From positions 1 through 20,420 of the forward strand of contig SHMW01000077.1 of NCBI GenBank assembly GCA_008080735.1: 20,420 nucleotides of DNA, written 5' to 3'. A program made the position numbers and the translations under genes. Shown piece by piece: positions 9,499 through 17,480 of this stretch (position 1 is the stretch's first letter; each line of letters starts with the position of its first letter). The DNA is from Promethearchaeota archaeon. GTDB taxonomy: Archaea; Asgardarchaeota; Lokiarchaeia; Sigyniarchaeales; SOKP01. Below the pieces are notes generated by a model. That model was not told the DNA's origin and made no database searches. It was given only the letters and a program-made list of their open reading frames with translations.

Positions 9499-9591
9499 TG
9501 AAATCAGCCTTCATCGATTCTACAATAAAATTTTTAATTTATATACGATTTTTATAGATATAAAAGAACGATAAGTAAAAAAAATTTAACG
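9499..9591. promoter_or_regulatory. Probable divergent promoter region between yhbY and rps19e
   Basis: 93-bp AT-rich spacer between divergent starts with TATA-like TTTATATA and TTTATAGA; exact elements not resolvable. Confidence 0.4.
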
Positions 9592-10020
9592 ATGTCAATT
9601 TATACGGTTAAACCTAATAAGTTCATTGGAGAAGTAGCGGAGAAATTAAAGGAATATCCGTCCATTCAACCTCCAGAAGGAAGCGAATACTGGAAAACGG
9701 CCTATTTTAAAGAAATTGCCCCAGTCGATCACGAAAACTTCTGGTATGTCAGAGCAGCCTCCATATTGCGAAAAGTGCGAAAATTTGGACCGATCGGAGT
9801 CAATAAGTTACGAAAACATTATGGTGGACGCTATAGAGATAAACAAGGAAAATCTAAAAGCGCGAGAGGTTCCGGAAAAATTATTCGCTTAATACTTCAG
9901 CAGTTAGAAGAAGCTGACCTCCTTATACAGAAAGAAAAAGAAGGACGACTATGCACACCGGAAGGAGTGAGCTTTTTAGAACGCACAGCTTATGAAATTT
10001 TAAGGATAAAAAATAAATAA
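9592..10020 (+). CDS. rps19e: 30S ribosomal protein eS19
   Basis: WKTA..KE..P, FWYVRAASILRK, GPIGV..LRKHYGG, GSGKIIR..LQQLE. Confidence 0.97.
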   Translation: MSIYTVKPNKFIGEVAEKLKEYPSIQPPEGSEYWKTAYFKEIAPVDHENFWYVRAASILRKVRKFGPIGVNKLRKHYGGRYRDKQGKSKSARGSGKIIRLILQQLEEADLLIQKEKEGRLCTPEGVSFLERTAYEILRIKNK

Positions 10021-10050
10021 TAAAGTAATTACATCTATTTGTGATTTACT

Positions 10051-10389
10051 ATGAGTGATGAAGAACAATTAGAAGAACTTCGCCAGAAAAAGCTTGAGCA
10101 ATTAAAACAACAGGCAATGCAAAACCAGATGGCTGAAGAACAGCAGCAAGCATTCGAGGAACAAAAATATCAAATTATGAGAAAAATCTTGTCACCAAAA
10201 GGTCGTCAGCGATTAGAAAACATCAGAATGGTTAAACCTCAGTTCGCTCAACAAATAGAATTACAACTTATCCAATTGTATAGAGCAGGACGGATCCGAG
10301 GGGAAATGTCTGATAGAGAGTTTAAAAAGCTCTTGCAAAAAATTACCGATTCAAATAAGAAAAAAGATTTTAGAATTAAAAAATTATAA
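10051..10389 (+). CDS. PDCD5-like dsDNA-binding protein
   Basis: LEELRQKKLEQL, ILSPKGRQRLENIRMVKP.FA..IE.QLIQL; conserved position after rps19e. Confidence 0.93.
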   Translation: MSDEEQLEELRQKKLEQLKQQAMQNQMAEEQQQAFEEQKYQIMRKILSPKGRQRLENIRMVKPQFAQQIELQLIQLYRAGRIRGEMSDREFKKLLQKITDSNKKKDFRIKKL

Positions 10390-10401
10390 ATAGTGAAAAA
10401 A

Positions 10402-10563
10402 ATGGCACGAAATAAAGATTATCCCTCTAAAATACGAAGAGGAAAGAAACTGCGCCAAAATCGATCCATCCCAAGCTGGGTAATTATGAAAACCGGCGGA
10501 AAAGTACGGACAAGTCCCCATAGCAGACGGGAATGGAGAAACAATAAATTGAAAGTGGATTAA
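10402..10563 (+). CDS. rpl39e: 50S ribosomal protein eL39 (absent from the supplied ORF track)
   Basis: Translated by hand: MARNKDYPSKIRRGKKLRQNRSIPSWVIMKTGGKVRTSPHSRREWRNNKLKVD (53 aa); syntenic position. Confidence 0.96.
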   Translation: MARNKDYPSKIRRGKKLRQNRSIPSWVIMKTGGKVRTSPHSRREWRNNKLKVD

Positions 10564-10590
10564 TCAATAACAACGTATTAATGTGATATT

Positions 10591-11064
10591 ATGGCGAAAA
10601 AACGAAAAGAAATAAGTTTAGATGATTTGGAAGAAGAACTCGCCGAAGAGGGTGAGGGACTAGAGGAGATTGAAGAAGAAGAGGCTGAAATCGAAGAGAT
10701 CGAGGAATTTAGCTTAGAAGAGATTAGCGCGGAGGAGGAAGTAGAAGAGCTTTTCGAAGAAGAAATTGTTCCCGAAGAAGAAATCGTGGAAGAAGAGCGA
10801 ATTCCAGAGGAAGAAATCATCGATGAGAGGATTTATACGGTTCCCCTCAAAAAAGCTCGAAGAGGACCGCGAACGAAATGGGCTAAAAAATCGATTCGAT
10901 ATCTTAGGGAGTTTACACAACGCCACATGAAGCCCGAGTATCTTGTTATCTCTCAAGAGGTAAATGAAAAGGTCTGGAGCCGTGGAATCCAAAAACCGCC
11001 AAGGAAATTGAGAGTGCGTATTACCAAAGATATAAATGGCCTTGCTGTAGTCTATTTAGCTTAA
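10591..11064 (+). CDS. rpl31e: 50S ribosomal protein eL31 with long acidic N-terminal extension
   Basis: Core ERIYTVPL...R.K.AKK...F..RHMK...VNEKVWSRGIQKPPRKLRVR begins near residue 79. Confidence 0.95.
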   Translation: MAKKRKEISLDDLEEELAEEGEGLEEIEEEEAEIEEIEEFSLEEISAEEEVEELFEEEIVPEEEIVEEERIPEEEIIDERIYTVPLKKARRGPRTKWAKKSIRYLREFTQRHMKPEYLVISQEVNEKVWSRGIQKPPRKLRVRITKDINGLAVVYLA

Positions 11065-11137
11065 ATCTATTATTTTTACTTAATTTAAAATTTACTTCTT
11101 TTTGAAAATTAAATTAATGGGTTCATCACAGACTGAA

Positions 11138-11815
11138 ATGACAATACTGAGGACTGATCTTTTTGGCAGGAGTCTTGTAGGGGTCTATTTAGAGGTGACG
11201 AATTCCTATGTGTTGTATCCACCCAGCATCAATAAGTCCGATCTAAAGAAATTACAGGATGTCTTTCAGGTTGACTTTTATGCCTTCACTGTAAATAATT
11301 CCAAATTGGTGGGGGTTTATTCCACCAGCAATAAATTTGGTATCATCTTGCCACATATCCTTAGAGATGATGAGCTCTCAAACCTTAAAGAAAATCTCCT
11401 CAGTAGCCAAAATTCCACAGAAATTAGTGTATTAAAATCAATTGATAACGCATACGGTAACCTAATCCTTTGTAATGATAAGGGTGCGATTATTAGTTCT
11501 CTCTTACGTCCGTATCAAGAGGAAATCGAACAAGTATTAAATGTGGAAACCCAAGTGTTCGATTTTGCAGGTAGTTATTTGCCAGGGTCCATAGGCATTG
11601 CGAATAATAAAGGATGTTTAGTCCACCCCTTAGCGACGAATGACGAGATAGATTATATATCTTCCGTGCTCAAGGTCGAAACTGATGTGAGCACGATTAA
11701 CCGAGGAGTCCCATATCTTAGTGGTGGGGCTGCGGTAAATGATTCTGGTGGAGTATTCGGCAAATTAAGCACTGGTCCTGAGCTGATGCGTTTAACTTCT
11801 GTGCTGCAAATTTAA
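11138..11815 (+). CDS. eif6: Translation initiation factor 6 (aIF6/eIF6)
   Basis: GNLILCNDKGAI, GSIGIANNKGCLVHP, STINRG.P, STGPEL; start could instead be ATG 11117. Confidence 0.95.
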   Translation: MTILRTDLFGRSLVGVYLEVTNSYVLYPPSINKSDLKKLQDVFQVDFYAFTVNNSKLVGVYSTSNKFGIILPHILRDDELSNLKENLLSSQNSTEISVLKSIDNAYGNLILCNDKGAIISSLLRPYQEEIEQVLNVETQVFDFAGSYLPGSIGIANNKGCLVHPLATNDEIDYISSVLKVETDVSTINRGVPYLSGGAAVNDSGGVFGKLSTGPELMRLTSVLQI

Positions 11816-11942
11816 TATGGGAAACTAATTAGAGTGTCCTCTTTTAGTCTTCTTATACCTAAGATTAGAAGATTCGTATGCGAAAATTTAAAAATTTCTA
11901 TTTGTGTTAATCTATCAATCATCTTTAGTTATAAATAAGTCT

Positions 11943-12470
11943 ATGAAAGAACCGCAGATCATTTTAAAAGTCTCGTTATTGGGCGATCCTGGCGTCGGAA
12001 AGACAAGTCTGGTTAATAGGTATATTGATAAGATATTCGAGAAGGATTATCGTCCCACTTTAGGCGTAAACATCATGACAAAGGATATTGAAATGAAAAG
12101 TTCGGGGAGGAAAGTGCGTCTGGTCATTTGGGACATAGCAGGCCAGGAGAAATATGATTTTACGAGAAAAATGTTTTTCCAAGGATGCAAGGGAGTCTTT
12201 CTCATCTATGATGTGACGCGTCCGAATTCCCTTACTAACATCAAGAAAAAGTGGTTAAAAGATTTAACCCAATATTCCCAAGATAACATGAAATTTATCC
12301 TTATAGGTAATAAAAACGATTTACAAGATCAAAAACAGATACATCGTGAGGAAGGGCAAAAATTCGCAGACAGCATCAATGCCATCGAGTTAATCGAGAC
12401 AAGTGCAAAAGAGGGAGATAATGTAAATCATGCATTTAAGTCACTTGTGTCCATCATTTTAGGAAAATGA
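11943..12470 (+). CDS. Rab-like small GTPase (Ras superfamily)
   Basis: G1 GDPGVGKTS, G2 YRPTLG, G3 WDIAGQE, G4 NKND, G5 ETSAK; ATG 11943 preferred to GTG 11904. Confidence 0.95.
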   Translation: MKEPQIILKVSLLGDPGVGKTSLVNRYIDKIFEKDYRPTLGVNIMTKDIEMKSSGRKVRLVIWDIAGQEKYDFTRKMFFQGCKGVFLIYDVTRPNSLTNIKKKWLKDLTQYSQDNMKFILIGNKNDLQDQKQIHREEGQKFADSINAIELIETSAKEGDNVNHAFKSLVSIILGK

Positions 12471-12686
12471 TCATAACCTCTCCGTGTTAAGCTAGCTATA
12501 ATCCTCATATTAAGGTCGTAAAGAGAGCTGAGTAATAAATTATAACTTATGAGGGGTGAAAAATCTCCCAATTAAGAGAGGGTTCGCATTTTGTAAATAT
12601 CTCATAAAGCCAAAATTTATTATTTTTTAAATAATTAATAGAGATAAGTATTGAATTTACTATAGATATTATTTAGATGAATCGAT

Positions 12687-12926
12687 ATGTCGGAAATAAA
12701 AATCTTTAGAATAACCGGTACATACTGGAAAGGGCATAAAAAATATCTCTTCCGTAAAGAACTTCGCGCATTAAAACCGGAAGACGCACTTGAAAAAGCG
12801 TTATCACAGATCACCTCAATCGGGCTCTTTCGACGTCAAGTGAATATTGAAGAGATAAAAGAAATTAGCGTTGATGAGTGCGAGAATTATCTAATAAAGG
12901 AGCTTTCACAGGAAAGTTCCGAATAA
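12687..12926 (+). CDS. rpl18a: 50S ribosomal protein eL20 (L18Ae/LX)
   Basis: KIFRITG, F.KE.RALKPEDALEK, V.IEEIKEI; syntenic before prefoldin alpha. Confidence 0.92.
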   Translation: MSEIKIFRITGTYWKGHKKYLFRKELRALKPEDALEKALSQITSIGLFRRQVNIEEIKEISVDECENYLIKELSQESSE

Positions 12927-12949
12927 AATATAAGACGAGATGATATAAA

Positions 12950-13390
12950 ATGGAAAATACTCAGAATTCCCAACAGCTTGCATATCAATTCCAGCATTTG
13001 CGAGAACAAAAAGGTATGTATGAACAAAATCTTGATATTATTCAGGCCTCCTTAAATAATTTGATAAACACACGAAAGACAATTGAGAATCTGCATGAGG
13101 TAGAGGATGGTGAAGAGATTTTACTTCCCGTAGGTGGGATGATTAATTTGCGAGCCAATATTGTGAATCCGGACAAGGTACTTTTATCCGTCAGCGATGA
13201 CATTGTGATTGAAAAAAATTTGGATCGTTCAAAAGAATTCATCGAAAAGTTAATTGAGCAGCATCGAGATCAGATAGAGTTCTTAAATGAGCAAATTGAC
13301 AAGATCGAGGCAAATCTTCAAGGAATTTCGCAAGTATTCAGACAAGGGTTGTCTCAATCCCAATTAAGGCAGCAACCGCCACAATCATAA
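12950..13390 (+). CDS. pfdA: Prefoldin subunit alpha
   Basis: Coiled coils flanking EILLPVGG...A.I..PDKVLLSV..DIVIEK beta-hairpins. Confidence 0.93.
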   Translation: MENTQNSQQLAYQFQHLREQKGMYEQNLDIIQASLNNLINTRKTIENLHEVEDGEEILLPVGGMINLRANIVNPDKVLLSVSDDIVIEKNLDRSKEFIEKLIEQHRDQIEFLNEQIDKIEANLQGISQVFRQGLSQSQLRQQPPQS

Positions 13391-13442
13391 ATTTCTATTT
13401 CTAATTTTATGCACTTAAATTTTTTATTGCCAGGAGTTTAGA

Positions 13443-14339
13443 ATGCTTGATAAACTAAAGAATGCTTTTTCTACGTTTGTGAATAAAACGTTAACTGAGG
13501 AGAAATTAGAAGATACCATAAAGGACCTCAATATTTTGTTGATAAGTAATGATGTTGCGATGGAAACCGCAGATGCGATATGTGAAAGCATCATCGACTC
13601 TTTCAGAGGAGAAGAAGTGGGTAGATTAACTTCTACAAGTAAACTGTTAGAAGAAACATTGGAAGAAGTGATCACCGACATCCTTACACCTGACCAAGAA
13701 ATAAATCTGCTAGAACAAATAGAACAAAAACGAATTACGGGAGGACCTTATGTTATTGTATTTTTGGGAGTAAACGGAACGGGAAAAACTACCACAATGG
13801 CAAAAGTTGCTCATTTCCTTAAAAAAGAGGGTTATAGTGTAGTAGCTGCCGCCTCAGACACGTTCCGAGCAGGGGCAATCGAGCAATTAAGCCATCATAT
13901 GGATAATGTGGGAGTACGCGTGATTAAAAATCAATATAAATCAGACCCCGCATCTGTTGCCTATGACGCGGTTGATCATGCCACCGCGAAACAGATTGAT
14001 GTGGTATTAGTTGATACAGCAGGACGACAAGTGACAGATAAAAATCTAATGAGAGAAATAGAAAAGATTTGTCGTATTGCCCGTCCGGATTTAAAAATAT
14101 TCGTAGGTGATTCGCTCGCAGGTAATGACGCGCTCTTTCAAGCACAGGAATTTAATAAATATGTAGGTATCGATGCAACCATATTGACGAAGCTAGATGC
14201 CGATGCAAAGGGAGGAGCGGCATTATCAGTTTCACATGAAACAAAAAAACCAATTATATTCGTTGGGACTGGGCAAAAATACGAGGACTTGGAGCCCTTT
14301 GATCCCGACTTGTTTATCACAAATATTTTAGAAGAATAG
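13443..14339 (+). CDS. ftsY: Signal recognition particle receptor FtsY
   Basis: GVNGTGKTTT, DTFRAGAIEQL, DTAGR, TKLDADAKGG, GTGQKYEDL. Confidence 0.97.
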   Translation: MLDKLKNAFSTFVNKTLTEEKLEDTIKDLNILLISNDVAMETADAICESIIDSFRGEEVGRLTSTSKLLEETLEEVITDILTPDQEINLLEQIEQKRITGGPYVIVFLGVNGTGKTTTMAKVAHFLKKEGYSVVAAASDTFRAGAIEQLSHHMDNVGVRVIKNQYKSDPASVAYDAVDHATAKQIDVVLVDTAGRQVTDKNLMREIEKICRIARPDLKIFVGDSLAGNDALFQAQEFNKYVGIDATILTKLDADAKGGAALSVSHETKKPIIFVGTGQKYEDLEPFDPDLFITNILEE

Positions 14340-14435
14340 GTTTGCTCCACTCACGTATATTCTACTCTACTAATAAGATATGCTATTGAGAGTAAACAAA
14401 CATAAATAAAGCGACTCGAATCGAACCTAATAATT

Positions 14436-15155
14436 TCATTCTTGTAATTGTTTCGCAATTCCATAATATAATATATAGATTGCTGAAAATGAGAACAACA
14501 AAATCCCACCCCATATCGTGCGAACAATCTCAATTGCTACGAAATTTACGATAGAAATTCCCGCCCATATAATATAATAGAACACCATTCCCGCAATAAA
14601 AAGCCTCCATCGCTTTTCTAGCTTTTCCACTTCAAGGTTGTTGTATACTTTAATGGAATAATATATGGTTGGAATAGCCATACAGAAAAAACCGGTTCCG
14701 AGGCCATAGAGCAAAAAAGGAAGATTCCATACTGGTCGCCAATTAGTAGTTTCATCGATACGAACTCCATCTAAGAGCCCGATAGGAAATAATCCTATCA
14801 AAATGATGGTCCAAATGACAATTATAGCAATTTGAATTTTGAAATTAATTAGTTTCGTCGATCTGAGGATGAGTAAATTCAACAAGAGTAAACACACCAT
14901 TGCCCAATTGAATAGAAAATATGCAAGAATATTTAGAAATTCCACAAAGGCGGATATTCTCAAAGGAGCATATGTCACGTTCACTATAGTGCTCGATGCG
15001 ATGCTAATAAAAAACATGGCAACTATTTGATTTAATTTTTTTGTGGATCGTTTTAGAATGAGTATTGCCATGAGTATAAACAAGATCCCTCCCACACTCA
15101 GCTGCACGATGTATATTTGAATGAATCGTAATATCTCATTAAATTGAACCATCAT
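14436..15155 (-). CDS. Uncharacterised membrane protein with about 7 TM segments
   Basis: 239 aa with about seven hydrophobic segments and no soluble output domain. Confidence 0.75.
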   Translation of the reverse strand: MMVQFNEILRFIQIYIVQLSVGGILFILMAILILKRSTKKLNQIVAMFFISIASSTIVNVTYAPLRISAFVEFLNILAYFLFNWAMVCLLLLNLLILRSTKLINFKIQIAIIVIWTIILIGLFPIGLLDGVRIDETTNWRPVWNLPFLLYGLGTGFFCMAIPTIYYSIKVYNNLEVEKLEKRWRLFIAGMVFYYIIWAGISIVNFVAIEIVRTIWGGILLFSFSAIYILYYGIAKQLQE

Positions 15156-15361
15156 TTTCTCAATATCCCTCCCATTACAATTATAGTTTTCTATTTATTC
15201 TATATATACGTTTATTTTTTTATAAAATAATCTATTATAATCAGAAATGAATGATTACGGGACACTTAAGCATTTATTTAATCCACAAAAACTCCAAAAA
15301 ATCCGTTAATCTATGTTAGAAAAGTTTTTTAAACACTAATTTTTACATAGACTTAGAGAAA

Positions 15362-15598
15362 ATGTCTAATAGATACCCTAAATACGAAAAATACGGCACG
15401 AAAAAGAAAGAAGAAAAAGGTAGTGTTTATGAGCGTTTTATTAATCTCATTCGAAGTATACAGCGGGTCTTAAAAACGGCGAATAAACCAGGTCGTAGTG
15501 AGTATATGATGACATTCAAGATTGTTATTATCGGACTCTTAATATTAGGCGCCTTGAGCTATGTAATCCAGCTGATACTCACTATTATTCCATTATAG
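15362..15598 (+). CDS. secE: Protein translocase subunit SecE/Sec61-gamma
   Basis: RVLKTANKPGRSEY followed by a single C-terminal TM helix (IVIIGLLILGALSYVI). Confidence 0.93.
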   Translation: MSNRYPKYEKYGTKKKEEKGSVYERFINLIRSIQRVLKTANKPGRSEYMMTFKIVIIGLLILGALSYVIQLILTIIPL

Positions 15599-15780
15599 GC
15601 TTAATCCAATAAAGTGGTAAGCTTCCTCCATTTTTAGAATTATTATCTATATTAAACAAACCGATTGAAATTTTTGATTTACATTTTTACCTTCTTTTAA
15701 AAACTTAAGCTTAAATTCTTAAATATTCTATATTATTAACATCTCTACCACTAAAAACTTTAGAGAATAAGGAATATTTC

Positions 15781-16215
15781 ATGAAAGTTTACTTGAATCT
15801 TATGGATAATCTCCATTTTAAAGCGAGAGCGCGCCATTTTACCGATATCGAGATTGATGAGCCAGAATCTTTTCACGGAACCGATAAAGGTCCCAGCTCG
15901 GTCGAATATCTCCTCATTGGGATTGGAGGATGTTTAGGATCTTCATTTCAATATTGTCTCCAAAAAAATCACATACCCGCACAAAAATTAGAGGTAATGG
16001 TGGATGGGACACTCAAACATACGGGTTCAGGTATGCATTTGAGCTTAGTAGAAATTAATTGTGAAATAATGGTATCTGTTGAGGGGGAATATGACGATTT
16101 AGTAGATAAATGTACTCAACAATTCAAGAAACACTGCGTAATCAATGAGAGTATAAATCAAGGCATTCCTTTGAACACCACCATATTCAAAAAGGAAAAC
16201 GAGCAAATAAAATAA
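15781..16215 (+). CDS. OsmC/Ohr-like (YhfA-type) protein
   Basis: IDEP...GTDKGPSSVEYLL...GGC and second Cys in KKHCVINES. Confidence 0.9.
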   Translation: MKVYLNLMDNLHFKARARHFTDIEIDEPESFHGTDKGPSSVEYLLIGIGGCLGSSFQYCLQKNHIPAQKLEVMVDGTLKHTGSGMHLSLVEINCEIMVSVEGEYDDLVDKCTQQFKKHCVINESINQGIPLNTTIFKKENEQIK

Positions 16216-16243
16216 AAAAAGGAAAATGAATAATATTTAAAAA

Positions 16244-17475
16244 TTAGAAATAAAAGACAGTTATTTTATCGGGTATTTTGAGTTCCTCTTCTCTGTTTTT
16301 ACATGCGACAAAATCTACATTAAATTTCAGTAATCGTGATAATAATCTACTGGTCAGAATACCGTCCATCACGAGATATTTGGATTGGTGATATTCATCC
16401 AATTTATCGTATAACTTACCAACAGATATTTCAAAAAGTTGATTCATTTTCTTATCAAACGCTATAGCTTGACCCAGGCCAATATTTCTCACTGCTTCAA
16501 CGATTTGTTCTTTATTTTTCACTTTTAGTTTCTTTAGGAATCGGAGTAAAACCTTTTCCTTATCCGTGTATTCCTCTTCAGATGTTTCTTGCACATCAAC
16601 TTCAATCTCTTCCGAGATTTTTCCTTCTGAAATCTGTTTTTTGTTTTGCAATGCTTTAATCATCTGTTTGCGGGTGAGTTCCTCTACTTCATATCCTTCT
16701 GGGGCTCTCGCGACGTAATCGATCTCTGCAACTTGTAGAAGTTCCTTCAAGATCAAAGTACCTCCCCTATCTCCATCTCCAAAAAAAGTGACGGGGTTTT
16801 TTTCCTTGGTAAGCGCAATGATCGATTTGGGAACGCTTGTTCCTTGGACTGCGATTGAATTTTTGATTCCGATCCGTAATAGATTTAATACATCTGCTCT
16901 CCCTTCTACAATGATTAAATCATCTCGCTCCTCTATCTCTGGGCCCGCTGGTAAGTTATCAGTACCCCAAGACACGATCTCTCCTAGTTTAATATCAGTC
17001 TCTATTTGTTCCTCAATTTCACTAGCGTCAAGTGAGCTCTGATCCCATTCTTTTAGTAATTCCGCTGCACGTTCGATTATTTTCTTTCGTTTTCTTTCTC
17101 GTACATCTGATATTTCTATGAGATTAATCTTGGCCTCGCACGGACCAACTCTAGTTACTGTTTCAACAGTTGCGGCGAGTAAAGCTGTTTCCTTTCGAGT
17201 CAGACTACTTGGGATTCGGATTGAACCTTTTGAGATTCCGTCTTTCGATTCATTGGTGACCTCAATCCTACCTATCCTCCCTGATTTTTGTAAATCTCGT
17301 AGGTCTAAATCGAGCAGTAGACCTTCGGTTTAGACGAGAAAAAGGGAAATCTTTTTCATCCTTGTCCGAAGATAGCCCCCACTATGTCTGACTTCTCTAC
17401 AATACCCTTTACTTTAAATTTTGCTTCTATTATGTATTTAGTCGTGAAATCCGTACTACTATTATCTGAATTAAT
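16244..17475 (-). CDS. dnaG: Archaeal DnaG (Toprim primase-like / exosome-associated), split into exon 1 (17475-17362) and exon 2 (17329-16244); about 399 aa after splicing
   Basis: Exon 1: (M)NSDNSSTDFTTKYIIEAKFKVKGIVEKSDIVGAIFGQ; exon 2: TEGLLLDLDLRDLQKSGRIGRIEV...RVGPC...IIVEGRADV...FGDGDRGG...DGILTSRLL. The listed ORF 16244-16975 is only the distal part of exon 2. Start codon inferred (ATT). Confidence 0.9.
17330..17361 (-). other. Putative 32-nt BHB-type mRNA intron in dnaG
   Basis: GGAC AA^G GATGAAAAAG-atttcc-CTTTTTCTC GTCT AA^A; excision rejoins FGQ to TEG in frame. Confidence 0.85.
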
Positions 17476-17480
17476 CTTAA

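Noticed and set aside
10578-10992. Ser-rich and Phe-rich minus-strand ORFs, and the GAA-rich tract as a repeat array
   Set aside because: These are antisense shadows of the Glu-rich rpl31e extension; the tract is neither a CRISPR array nor an independent repeat.
16244-16975. 243-aa GTG-start ORF taken as the complete dnaG
   Set aside because: DnaG homology continues in frame for 118 more codons to 17329 and resumes in exon 1.
17356-17358. In-frame TGA after dnaG FGQ-G read as selenocysteine or stop read-through
   Set aside because: The insert is 32 nt, so read-through alone would not reach the exon 2 frame, and an insertion would disrupt the conserved FGQTEG motif.
17330-17361. dnaG interruption as a sequencing error, tandem duplication, transposon footprint or programmed frameshift
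   Set aside because: It is not a homopolymer indel or a copy of flanking sequence, and there is no target-site duplication. A TAA at the end of the insert blocks the exon 2 frame. The boundaries coincide with BHB cut sites. Read-level confirmation is still needed.
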